From the NCBI GenBank assembly GCA_965205265.1, contig CBDBGH010000003.1, positions 2,848,001 to 2,912,000 on the forward strand: 64,000 bases of DNA. The letters run 5' to 3'. The position numbers and the translations under genes were made by a program. Shown piece after piece: positions 21,286-30,276 of the stretch. The notes beneath the pieces were generated by a model. That model was not told where the DNA came from. It made no database searches and saw only the letters and a list, made by a program, of their open reading frames with translations. Origin of the DNA: Alphaproteobacteria bacterium. Lineage in GTDB: Bacteria > Pseudomonadota > Alphaproteobacteria > Bin95. Positions within the stretch are counted from its first letter, which is position 1, and every line of letters begins with the position of its first letter.

Positions 21286-21388
21286 ACTTCAATTTCCAAG
21301 TGTCTTGCTTATTAATTTAAACGCGCCCGCCTTTTCAACCTCCAGAAAGAGAAGGGCGCTCGAAAGGCAGCCTGAAACGCAAAGACCG

Positions 21389-22129
21389 TCACCCCGCCTC
21401 GCGCGCGCCGGCGACGAGCCTGGCAAGGTCCTCCTGCGAGGCGGCGCCGGGGACGATGGCGTTCTTCACCAGGAAGGCCGGGGTGCCGCGGATGCCGAGC
21501 GTTTGCGCAAGAGCGTGGTTGCGTTCGATGACTGCCGTGACGGCCTCGCTCTCCATGTCGGCGCGCAATTGCGCGATGTCGAGGCCGGTCTCCGCGGCGA
21601 TGTCCATGATCCGGTCCTCGTCGAGCGCGCCGGAGGCGGACATGAGCGCGACATGGAACTCGGTCCATTTGCCCTGCCTGTCGGCGGCGAGCGAGGCGCG
21701 GGCGGCGACCACCGACGGCGGGCCCAGGATCGGGAACTCCTTGAAGACGATGCGCAGCCGGCCGTCCGCGGCCGCCAGCGCCATCACATCGTCCAGCACA
21801 CGCTTGCAGAAGCCGCAGCGATAGTCGAAGAACTCGACCAGCACCGCGTCGGCGTCCTCCGGCCCGATGGCAGGGTCGCCTTCCGCACGCGCCAACGCCT
21901 CCCAATTGGCGGCGATGCGCCCGACCTGCTGCTGCCGCCGGTATTGCTCCTGCTCGTCCCACCAGGCCTGCACCGCCTTGAGAACGATTTCAGGGTCCTT
22001 CTGGCGCAGATATTCGATGACGGCGGACACCTCCTGCTCCGTGTCGGCCCGCGCCTCGCGGACGGTCCAGGGCAGGCAGGCGAGCGCGGCGAGGAGGACG
22101 GCGAGAACGGCGCGGGAAAGCAGGGTCAT
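21389..22129 (-). CDS. DsbA-family thiol-disulfide oxidoreductase (Com1/ScsC-like)
   Basis: Signal peptide; EFFDYRCGFCK, FKEFPILG and GIRGTP (cis-Pro) motifs. Confidence 0.9.
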   Translation of the reverse strand: MTLLSRAVLAVLLAALACLPWTVREARADTEQEVSAVIEYLRQKDPEIVLKAVQAWWDEQEQYRRQQQVGRIAANWEALARAEGDPAIGPEDADAVLVEFFDYRCGFCKRVLDDVMALAAADGRLRIVFKEFPILGPPSVVAARASLAADRQGKWTEFHVALMSASGALDEDRIMDIAAETGLDIAQLRADMESEAVTAVIERNHALAQTLGIRGTPAFLVKNAIVPGAASQEDLARLVAGAREAG

Positions 22130-22195
22130 GGCGGCCGGACCCCTTTTGCGGTGGAAGCCCCCTTATGGCCCCGGCCGGCGCGTTCGGCAAGCCGC

Positions 22196-23602
22196 TCAGG
22201 CGGCCGCGTCGGCCTCCTTGCCGAACAGGCGGACCCGGGCGCCCGCGAGCAGGTCGGTGAGCCGGTTGCGGATTGCCCAGAGGCAGACCAGCGAGGGCAG
22301 GACCATGAGCGTGGTGATGACGAAGAAGGTCCCCCAGTCGCCTTCCAGCCAGTCAACCAGCTCCCCCGAGGAGGCGGCGAAGATCGTGCGCCCGGCCGTG
22401 CCGATGGAGGCGAGCAGCGCATACTGGGTCGCGGTGTAGGTCCGGTCCACCAGCATCGAGATGAAGGCGACGAAGGTGACGGTGGCGAATGCGCTGGTGA
22501 GGTCGTCCATGACGACGGCCGTCGCGAACAGCAGCTCCGACTTGCCGGACCATGCCATCAGCGCGAACAGGAGGTTCGTCGCCGCCATGGCAATGCCGGA
22601 GACGAACATCGCCTTGATAAGCCCGATGCGGATGGCGAAGAGGCCGCCCAGCACGGTGAAGACGAGCGTGGTGAGCCAGCCGAGCCCCTTGGAATAGACG
22701 GCGATGTCCGACTTCGAGAAGCCCACCTCCTTGTAGAAAATGAGCGACATGCGGCCCATGAAGGCCTCGCCGATCTTGAACAGGAAGATGAAGCCGAGCA
22801 CGGCGGCGGCAATCGCGACGCCGTTCTGCCGGAAGAAGCTCATCAGCGGCCCGACCAGGGTTCCGGCGAGCCAGGAGGAGACGCGCCCGGCCGCGCCGGG
22901 AACGCCGAGGCGCGACGCGATGGCCCGCTCGTCCCGCTCCTGAGCGGCGGCGCGGGCGGCGGCGGAGGCCTCCGGCACGAAGGCAAGGCCGATATTGCAG
23001 AGCACGACCAATATGCCGAGCACGAGGAAGGTCGCCTGCCAGTAACGCTCGACGCCCGCCTGCTCGAAATACTGCGCCGCCTCCAGCGCGACGACGCCGC
23101 CGAGCTTGTAGCCGGTCCACCAGCCCACCACGGCGACGGCGGCGCCCGCGGCCATGGATTCGCCCTCGTCCCTGCCGATCTGCTCGATCCGGAGCGCGTC
23201 GACGGCGATGTCCTGGGTGGCCGACGCGACGGCGATGGCGAGCCCGATGGCGACTACGAGGCCGAGATCGGCCGACGGCTCGACTGTGCTCCACAGGATG
23301 AGGCAGACGAGGATGACCGCCTGCAGCGCCACGATCCACGACCGGCGGTGGCCGAGCCGGTCCGCGATCCAGGGCAGGCGGATGCGGTCGATCAGCGGCG
23401 CCCAGAGGAAGTTGAAGGCATAGACGCCGAAGATGAGCCCCGCCCAGCCGATGGCGCTGCGGCTCAGCCCGTCCTCCTTCAGCCAGAGGTTGAGGCTGCT
23501 GCCGATAAGCACCCAGGGAAAGCCGCTGACGATGCCCAGCAGCAGGATGCGCGCCATGCGCCGCTCGAGATAGGTCCCGAGCGTGCCCCGAAGTGCCGTC
23601 AC
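22196..23602 (-). CDS. ampG: AmpG-family muropeptide MFS transporter
   Basis: SGFP, FLWAPLID, RRSWI, SATQDIAVDALRIE and YTATQYALLAS AmpG motifs. Confidence 0.88.
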   Translation of the reverse strand: MTALRGTLGTYLERRMARILLLGIVSGFPWVLIGSSLNLWLKEDGLSRSAIGWAGLIFGVYAFNFLWAPLIDRIRLPWIADRLGHRRSWIVALQAVILVCLILWSTVEPSADLGLVVAIGLAIAVASATQDIAVDALRIEQIGRDEGESMAAGAAVAVVGWWTGYKLGGVVALEAAQYFEQAGVERYWQATFLVLGILVVLCNIGLAFVPEASAAARAAAQERDERAIASRLGVPGAAGRVSSWLAGTLVGPLMSFFRQNGVAIAAAVLGFIFLFKIGEAFMGRMSLIFYKEVGFSKSDIAVYSKGLGWLTTLVFTVLGGLFAIRIGLIKAMFVSGIAMAATNLLFALMAWSGKSELLFATAVVMDDLTSAFATVTFVAFISMLVDRTYTATQYALLASIGTAGRTIFAASSGELVDWLEGDWGTFFVITTLMVLPSLVCLWAIRNRLTDLLAGARVRLFGKEADAAA

Positions 23603-23635
23603 GCTGCCCCTCTCCGCCCCCGGGCGCGGCGTGCG

Positions 23636-24022
23636 CTAGTTGTCGATCACGGCCATGGCGGCGATTTCGACCAGGAACTCGGGCCGGACGAGGCCGGCCT
23701 GCACGCAGGCGCGCGCCGGCGGGTTCTCGGGGAAGTAGGAGGCGTAAACCTCGTTCATCGCGGCGTAGTCGGCGAGGTCCTTGAGGTAGATCGTGTTGTA
23801 CACGATGTCCTGCATGGAGCCGCCGGCCTCTTCGAGAATTTCCCTGATGTTCTCCAGCACCTGCCGGGTCTGCGCGCCGGCGTCTCCCTCGCCGATGAGG
23901 GTCCCGGAGGCATCGAGCGCCAGCATGCCCGCCGTGCAGACGAGCCCGCCGGAGCGGAAGCCCGGCGAATAGGGCGCGAGCGGGGGCGGAGAGCCCTTGG
24001 GCAGTATCGGTTGACCGGCCAT
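23636..24022 (-). CDS. RidA/YjgF family protein
   Basis: APYS, QTRQVLENI, AAMNEVYASYF, PPARACVQ and LVEI motifs; ATG at 24022. Confidence 0.9.
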   Translation of the reverse strand: MAGQPILPKGSPPPLAPYSPGFRSGGLVCTAGMLALDASGTLIGEGDAGAQTRQVLENIREILEEAGGSMQDIVYNTIYLKDLADYAAMNEVYASYFPENPPARACVQAGLVRPEFLVEIAAMAVIDN

Positions 24023-24146
24023 GCGGAGGTTCCTTCCCTCGGTTGCGAACCCCGTCCGGACGGGCGCGGCGCGGATCGCAGTTTCCTTCGCGAGCGATAG
24101 CACTGCCGAAGCCTCTGCGGCAAGCGGCGGGGACACCGTGCCGCCG

Positions 24147-24659
24147 TCACCCCCGGGCTTCTGCCGGACGGAGGCCGGTAAGCGGTTTCTCGAGAAAAAA
24201 CACGCCCTCCATCGGATTGTCGTAATAGGCCGGGATTTCGCGGAAGCCCATCGACCGGTAGAGCGCGACCGCTTCATGCAGGCGGGTCAGCGTGTCGAGG
24301 CGCATGAACGCGTAGCCGGCATCCGCGCCCGTCTGCACGACCGCCCCGGCCAGCCTTCGCCCGAGGCCGAGGCCGCGCCAGCGCGGGCGCACATAGAGGC
24401 GTTTCATCTCACAGATGCCGGGCTCCAGCCCCTTCATGCCGACACCGCCCGCAGCCGAACCGTCAGAGGCCCGCGCGAGCAGCAGCCGGCCTCCCGGCGG
24501 CGCATACAACTCTGCCAGCGCGTCCAGTTCCGCAGGGAAGTCCTGGAAGGAGAGGTCCTCGCCCAACCATTGCTGGTATTCGGCGAACAGCGCCCGCATT
24601 TCGGCGATTTCGGCCGGCGTCGAAGCTTCGACTATCGCAACCGGCTCCGCGGCGCACAT
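24147..24659 (-). CDS. GNAT family N-acetyltransferase
   Basis: EMKRLYVRPRWRGLGLGRRL, LDT, AVALYRSMGF and IPAYYDNP motifs. Confidence 0.9.
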   Translation of the reverse strand: MCAAEPVAIVEASTPAEIAEMRALFAEYQQWLGEDLSFQDFPAELDALAELYAPPGGRLLLARASDGSAAGGVGMKGLEPGICEMKRLYVRPRWRGLGLGRRLAGAVVQTGADAGYAFMRLDTLTRLHEAVALYRSMGFREIPAYYDNPMEGVFFLEKPLTGLRPAEARG

Positions 24660-24671
24660 GCTCCGGCCCTC

Positions 24672-25655
24672 CTAGCCGGCGAAGGCCCGGAGCCGCTCGA
24701 CGATGGTCCCATCCGCCTCGAAGCCGCCCGAGGCTCTCGCCGCCTCGCGCACCGCCCAGGAACGGTCGAAGGGCATGCGGACGGGATGGGCCGGGTCCGC
24801 CGGCTTCGCGGTCCGGACGGTCTCGGCGTAGTCGGCGATGCGCTGCTTGAAGCCTTCCGTGTCGCCGAAAATGTCCGGACGGATAGCGACGATGAGCATG
24901 CCGAACCCGGCCAGGTCCGGCGTGATGCCCTCCGAGCCCGCGAGCACGCCCAGCATCTGCACCACGAGGCCGAGGCCGGAGCCCTTGTGCCCGCCCCAGG
25001 CGGCGAACGCGCCGGCGAGCGCCGCATCCGGGTCCGCGGTCGGGCGCCCGTCCGGGCCGAAGGCGCGTCCTTCCGGCAGCGGCCGGCCCGTGCGGCGGGC
25101 GAGCAGCACCTCGGCATGCATGATGGTGCTGGTGCCGATATCCCACACGACGGGGCGGTCGGCGGAAGGAAAGCCGAAGCAGATCGGGTTGGTGCCGAAC
25201 CGGCCTTCGGCAGCGCCGTAGGGCGCGACCCAGGGCGTGGCGTTGGAGGCGATCATGGTCACGAGGTCGCGGGCCGCCGCCTGTTCGGCGAAGTAGCTCA
25301 GCATGCCCGTGTACCAGGTATCGACCGCGCCGACGGCGGAGAGGCCCATTGCGTTCGCCTTGTCGATGGCGATGTCGGTCGCGCGCTGCCCGACGATGTA
25401 GCCGACATGGTCCGCGCCGTCGATGCGGGCCGAGACCGGCGTTTCATGCGTGACCGCGATGGGCCGGGAGGGCTGCCCGGTGCGCCCGATCCGTTCGGTG
25501 ATCGACACGGCCCGCGCAAGGCCGCCATAGGAAACGCCGCGCAACTCGCAGTCGATCAGATGGTTCACGATGGACGGGATGTCCTCCGCCGCGAAGCCGA
25601 GCTTCGCCATGACCCTGTCGAGCAGGGCACGGGCAGTCTCGATGGCAATGCGCAT
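24672..25655 (-). CDS. Ldh_2 family NAD(P)-dependent oxidoreductase (malate/L-lactate/sulfolactate/Delta1-imine reductase type)
   Basis: FGTNPICFGFP, WDIGTS and GGHKGSGLGL motifs. Confidence 0.87.
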   Translation of the reverse strand: MRIAIETARALLDRVMAKLGFAAEDIPSIVNHLIDCELRGVSYGGLARAVSITERIGRTGQPSRPIAVTHETPVSARIDGADHVGYIVGQRATDIAIDKANAMGLSAVGAVDTWYTGMLSYFAEQAAARDLVTMIASNATPWVAPYGAAEGRFGTNPICFGFPSADRPVVWDIGTSTIMHAEVLLARRTGRPLPEGRAFGPDGRPTADPDAALAGAFAAWGGHKGSGLGLVVQMLGVLAGSEGITPDLAGFGMLIVAIRPDIFGDTEGFKQRIADYAETVRTAKPADPAHPVRMPFDRSWAVREAARASGGFEADGTIVERLRAFAG

Positions 25656-25673
25656 GGGCGCGTCCGCCCGGAT

Positions 25674-26516
25674 TTACCGCGGCTTGCGCCGGCGGCCGCC
25701 CGTGCCTTCGAACAGGATGTTCTCGCGCCGGTCGGCGTCCCGGGCGACGGCCTCGAAATCCGCCCCGTCCATCCGCCGGGCCGGCGGCGACACGATGGCG
25801 AAGTGCCCGAAGCGGTCCTCTCCCGCCACCAGCGCGACCTCGGTTTCCGGGCCGGAACGCGCGCTCATGGCAGGCGCGATATAGCGGATGGCCGCGCCGA
25901 TGCGCCGGTCGCCCGTGCCGTTCGGGCCGGAGGCGTGGAACAGGTGGCCGTGGTGCAGCGAGGCCTGCCCCGGCTTCAGCACCACATCCACGGCCGCGTC
26001 CTCGTCCACCTCGACCTGGATTTCCTGGCCGCGGGTCAGCAGGTTGTCGGCGGCGAAGCTGTCGGCATGCGGCACGATGCGCTCCCGGTGGCTGCCCGGG
26101 ATGAAGCGCATGCAGCCGCTCTCCTCCGTCGCCGGCGAGAGCGCCACCCAGAGCGTCGTCTCCTCCGCCTTGTCGAGTCCCCAATAGGTCAGGTCCTGAT
26201 GCCAGGAGACGTAGCTCGGCGTGTTCGCTTCCTTGATGAACAGCCCCGACCCCCAGACCATGACATCGGGCCCCAGCACCGCCTGCGCCGCCTCGACCAT
26301 CTTCGGGTGGCGGACCAGCCGGTCGAAGGACGGCAGGAAGCGGGCCGGGAAGCCGCGCAGCAGGCCGAGCCGCTTCGGGTCGTCCGCAAGCTCGGCCTCG
26401 CCCCGCTCAAGGTCGGCGCGCAACTCCCCGGCTTCCGCCTCGGTCACGATGTCGAGCGGGAAGACGAACCCGTCGCGGGCATAGTCGAGCGCAATTCTCG
26501 ATTCGGTCATGTTCAT
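25674..26516 (-). CDS. PhyH-family Fe(II)/2-oxoglutarate dioxygenase
   Basis: FIKE, WHQDLTYWG, ESGCMRFIPGSH, FHASGPN and RRIG motifs. Confidence 0.9.
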   Translation of the reverse strand: MNMTESRIALDYARDGFVFPLDIVTEAEAGELRADLERGEAELADDPKRLGLLRGFPARFLPSFDRLVRHPKMVEAAQAVLGPDVMVWGSGLFIKEANTPSYVSWHQDLTYWGLDKAEETTLWVALSPATEESGCMRFIPGSHRERIVPHADSFAADNLLTRGQEIQVEVDEDAAVDVVLKPGQASLHHGHLFHASGPNGTGDRRIGAAIRYIAPAMSARSGPETEVALVAGEDRFGHFAIVSPPARRMDGADFEAVARDADRRENILFEGTGGRRRKPR

Positions 26517-26570
26517 GGCTTGGCGGCGGAGCCTTGCGGCTCTTCTCCGATGCTGGGGGTTGCGGGCGGC

Positions 26571-27338
26571 CTATTCCCGGTAAGTCGGGTCGTCCCTGTC
26601 GAGCAGTTCCAGATAGGCGGACCAGTCGTCGTCCCGGCCGGGCCGGGCCAGGAACTCGTCGAACTGCCGGGCGGTCCTCTCGCAGACCTCGGCCGAGGGC
26701 ATGTCGAGCCCGTTGCCGGAGGCATGGGCGGCGGCCATCGCGTCGAGCTGCGCGGCGCAGGCGCGCTCCAGCGCATGGAGCAGCATCCAGGTGCTCGGAA
26801 TCGACGGGCCGGCGGCGAGCAGGCCGTGGTTCTTCAGCACCAGCGCGCGCCCTTTGGGGCCGATATCCCGCGCGATCCGCTCGCGCTCGTCCAGCTCCGT
26901 CTCACCGCTCTCCCAGTCGTGGTAGCCGACGCGCCCGTGGAAGGCGAGCGCCGTCTGCGAGGCGGGCAGCAGTTCGACGTCCAGCGAGGAAAGCGCCATG
27001 CCCTGCACGGTGTGGGTGTGCGCCGTGCAGGCCACGTCCGGGCGCGCGTCGAGCACGGCGGAATGCAGCATGATGCCGACCGCGTTGAGCGGGCTGCCTG
27101 TCTCCAGCGGATCGCCGCCCTCGCGGTCGGTCTTGACCAGCGAGGAAGCCGTCATCTCCTCGAACATGAGGCCGTAGGGATTGAGGAGGAAGCGGTCGGG
27201 CTCATCGGGAACGCGCGCCGAGAAGTGCGTCAGCGCGAGGTCGGAGAGGTCGTGCTTCGCCGCCAGCCGGAAGACGGCCGCCAGGTTGACGCGCGCCTCC
27301 CATTCGGCTTCGGAAACGCGGGAACGGATATCGGGCAT
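26571..27338 (-). CDS. Class II aldolase/adducin family protein (paralog 2)
   Basis: THFSARVP, FLLNPYG, LHSA, HTHT and LKNHGLL motifs; GGGGAG SD before ATG 27338. Confidence 0.9.
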   Translation of the reverse strand: MPDIRSRVSEAEWEARVNLAAVFRLAAKHDLSDLALTHFSARVPDEPDRFLLNPYGLMFEEMTASSLVKTDREGGDPLETGSPLNAVGIMLHSAVLDARPDVACTAHTHTVQGMALSSLDVELLPASQTALAFHGRVGYHDWESGETELDERERIARDIGPKGRALVLKNHGLLAAGPSIPSTWMLLHALERACAAQLDAMAAAHASGNGLDMPSAEVCERTARQFDEFLARPGRDDDWSAYLELLDRDDPTYRE

Positions 27339-27351
27339 GGATGCTCCCCGC

Positions 27352-28122
27352 TCAGTGCCGCCAGGAGGAATCGGCCCGGTCGAGCAGGCGCAGCTGCGAC
27401 TCCCAGCCGTCATAGGGGTTGTAGCTGCGATTGGCCCGCGGGCGCCTCTCCTGCTCGTCCAGAAAGGCCTCTGAAAGCGTGGCGAGCGGCGCGCCCGTCG
27501 CTTCCGCAAGCATCTGCGTCTTCGCGGCCTTTTCGAGGTCGTAGAGCCGCGCCCAGGCCTCGCGCACGCTGCGCCCGCCGACGAGGAAGCCGTGATTCTT
27601 CAACACCATGACATCCGCATCGCCCATATCGGCGATCAGCCGTTCGCGCTCGTCCAGGTCGAAGGCGATGCCCTCATAGTCGTGATAGGCGATGCGCCCG
27701 TGGAACTGCATCGCCTTCTGGTTGAGCGGCCGAAGCCCCTGCGGCAGTGCGGCCAGAGCGATGCCGGTGCGGGTGTGCGTATGTGCGACGCAGGCGAGGT
27801 CGGGCCGCGCCATATGGACCGCCGAGTGGATGGTGAAGCCGGCGGCGTTGACCCCGTAGCGGCTCTCGCCGAGCAGATTGCCCTCCGTGTCCACCTTGAC
27901 GAGGTTCGACGCCGTCACCTGCTCGAACAACAGGCCCCAGGGGTTGAGGAGGAAGGCGTCCTCGTCCCCCGGCACGCGCGCGGAGAGATGGGTGTAGGTA
28001 AGATCGGTCATGCCGTGCCGGGCGCAGAGGCGGTAGAGCGCGGCGAGATCGACCCGGATCGCCCACTCCTCCGGGCTGACGCGGTCCTGCAGCGACTGTT
28101 CGACGGCGTGGGAATCGGGCAT
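27352..28122 (-). CDS. Class II aldolase/adducin family protein (paralog 1)
   Basis: YTHLSARVP, FLLNPWG, IHSA, HTHT and LKNHGFL motifs; GGAGGAG SD before ATG 28122. Confidence 0.9.
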   Translation of the reverse strand: MPDSHAVEQSLQDRVSPEEWAIRVDLAALYRLCARHGMTDLTYTHLSARVPGDEDAFLLNPWGLLFEQVTASNLVKVDTEGNLLGESRYGVNAAGFTIHSAVHMARPDLACVAHTHTRTGIALAALPQGLRPLNQKAMQFHGRIAYHDYEGIAFDLDERERLIADMGDADVMVLKNHGFLVGGRSVREAWARLYDLEKAAKTQMLAEATGAPLATLSEAFLDEQERRPRANRSYNPYDGWESQLRLLDRADSSWRH

Positions 28123-28235
28123 GGGCTGAACTCCTCCGTCGCCCGCGGGCGGGCGCACAAATCGGTCGCAGTGCTTTCCGGCGTGAGAATTGAGCATAGG
28201 ATAGCCCGAAATCCGCAAGCGAAGGAACCGCTTCC

Positions 28236-29117
28236 ATGAGCATCGGCTATGTCGGCCTCGGCAATATGGGCGGCGCGCTGGCCCGCCGCCTCGCGCTTAC
28301 GCATCCGCTGCGTGTCTTCGACCTCCGCCAGGAGGCGATGCAGGCTTTGGCGGATCGGAATTGCACGCCTGTCCAGTCCGCCGCGGCGCTGGGCGCGGAA
28401 TGCGGCACGGTGCTGACCTGCCTGCCGACCTCGGACGATGTGCGCCGTGCGGTGTTCGGGCCGGGCGGGCTCGCCGAGGGCATGGCCCCGGGCGGCATCG
28501 TCCTCGACCAGACGACCGGCGACCCGAACGCGACGCGCGCCATGGCGGCGGAACTCGCCGAGCGCGGCATCCGGCTGATCGACGCACCGGTCTCCGGCGG
28601 CAGGCAGGGCGCGGACGCCGGCACCATCGCCATCATGGTCGGGGCCGAAGACGCGGACTACGCCGAAGCGCTGCCGCTGCTCCATGCCATCAGCCCCAAT
28701 GTCTTCCATTGCGGCGGCGTCGGCGCAGGCCATGTCATGAAGCTCGTGAACAATGTGGTCGCCGCGTCGGTTGCGGCCGCGACCTGGGAAGCGGTCGCGG
28801 TGGGCGTCAAGAACGGCCTCGACTTCGCAAAGGCGGTCGAGGTGCTGAACAAGGCTTCGGGCCGCAGCTACATGTCGGAGATCGTGCTGGCGGCGCAGAC
28901 CGGCGGGCCGCATCCCTTCGGCTTCGGGCTGGCCTTGATGCACAAGGATGTGCGCCTCGCCACCCAGCTCGGCGCGGACAGCGGCGCGCCGATGTTCCTC
29001 GCCAATGTCGCCCGCGAGTTCTACCAGGCTTCGCTCGCCCATCTCGGCCCCGAAGCCGACATGACCGAGCTCGTTCGCACCGTGGAGCGCAATGCAGACG
29101 TAAAGGTGGTGCCGTAA
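28236..29117 (+). CDS. 3-hydroxyisobutyrate/6-phosphogluconate dehydrogenase family NAD(P)-dependent oxidoreductase
   Basis: GYVGLGNMG, DAPVSGG, KLVNN and LMHKDV motifs. Confidence 0.9.
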   Translation: MSIGYVGLGNMGGALARRLALTHPLRVFDLRQEAMQALADRNCTPVQSAAALGAECGTVLTCLPTSDDVRRAVFGPGGLAEGMAPGGIVLDQTTGDPNATRAMAAELAERGIRLIDAPVSGGRQGADAGTIAIMVGAEDADYAEALPLLHAISPNVFHCGGVGAGHVMKLVNNVVAASVAAATWEAVAVGVKNGLDFAKAVEVLNKASGRSYMSEIVLAAQTGGPHPFGFGLALMHKDVRLATQLGADSGAPMFLANVAREFYQASLAHLGPEADMTELVRTVERNADVKVVP

Positions 29118-29193
29118 GGGGTACCGCCTCCAATGACCGCTTGGAGGACATTCGCCATCCTCGACCCTCGCCGCCGCCCGGGGCTCGAGACCC

Positions 29194-30072
29194 TCACCCG
29201 GAGCGCTTGAGGCATTCCACCAGACTGCCGACGATCGGCCAGCCCTTGATGGCGTGCGGATAGGCCACGGAATAGGGGCGGTCGATCTGCATTTCCGGCG
29301 CCTCGACGCGCCGAAGCCGTCCGGCTTCCAGATGGTGCTCCGCCGTCATCGCCGGTACCAGCGCGACGCCGAGCCCCGCGAGAGCGCACTGGATCGCCGC
29401 GCTGCTGGTCGTGACACGCAGCCCGGCGCCGGCGTCGATGACCCGCTCTCCGGAAAGAAAGTCGCTCCAGTCCGGACCCGTTGCGTAGTCGGTTCCCCAG
29501 TCCGTATGAATGAGTACCTTGTCCGGCAATGCCGGCGCCGACGCGCCGTGACAGGCGATGACGGCCGGGGTTGCGATGGCGATGATCCGGTCGCGGAACA
29601 GCACTTCCGTGCAATAGTCCGCATAGAGCGAATGACCGTGGAAAATCCGCATATGCACGCGGTCGCGGTTGAAGTCGACCGGATCGTCCTCAATCCTGAT
29701 ATCCACCTGCCGGTCGCCGCCGTCCGCGAGCCAGTCGGCCAGCCGCAGGGGGAGCCACGTCTCGGCCACGGACGGCAGCGCGCTGAGCACGAGGCGGGCG
29801 CGCCGGGCGATCCCCTGCATCCGCTCGGAAAGATCGCCTATCGCTGTGAGCGCATTGGCCAGCGGCGGATAGGCGGTCAGCCCCGCGTCGGTCAGCGACA
29901 GCCGGTTGCCCTGGCGCAGGAAAAGCGTGCGGCCCCAGAAACGCTCCAGGACCTTCACCTGCTGGCTGACCGCGGCCGAAGTGACCCCGAGCTCGCGGGC
30001 GGCGGCGGCGAAGGAGCCTGTTCGCGCTGCCGCCTCGAAGGCCGGAAGCGATTTGAGAGGAGGTCCCGCCAT
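29194..30072 (-). CDS. LysR-family transcriptional regulator (GcvA/AmpR-like)
   Basis: PPLKSLPAFEAAARTGSFAAAARELGVTSAAVSQQVKVLE helix-turn-helix; divergent from the M24 gene. Confidence 0.92.
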   Translation of the reverse strand: MAGPPLKSLPAFEAAARTGSFAAAARELGVTSAAVSQQVKVLERFWGRTLFLRQGNRLSLTDAGLTAYPPLANALTAIGDLSERMQGIARRARLVLSALPSVAETWLPLRLADWLADGGDRQVDIRIEDDPVDFNRDRVHMRIFHGHSLYADYCTEVLFRDRIIAIATPAVIACHGASAPALPDKVLIHTDWGTDYATGPDWSDFLSGERVIDAGAGLRVTTSSAAIQCALAGLGVALVPAMTAEHHLEAGRLRRVEAPEMQIDRPYSVAYPHAIKGWPIVGSLVECLKRSG

Positions 30073-30083
30073 GCACCCTTCCG

Positions 30084-30119
30084 AAAGAATTTCTTTTGGC
30101 CTTTAAATAGATTATCTAT
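30084..30119. promoter_or_regulatory. Tandem LysR-type operator palindromes
   Basis: AAAG-N5-CTTT (30084-30096) and ATAG-N5-CTAT (30107-30119), 23 bp apart, in an AT-rich patch next to the LysR start. Confidence 0.6.
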
Positions 30120-30276
30120 TGCTTGGGGAAATGCAAGCCCATAGGACGCCGGAGGCGTAGCGCTGTGCCGAGGCCCGGGACATGGAAGACGTCATCGACC
30201 TGGCGAGAGGCCCGGTTGACCCTCCGGACGCAGCCTGTGCGCCCGGGGAACGCCGAGGCTTCTGCGATTGCCGGGC

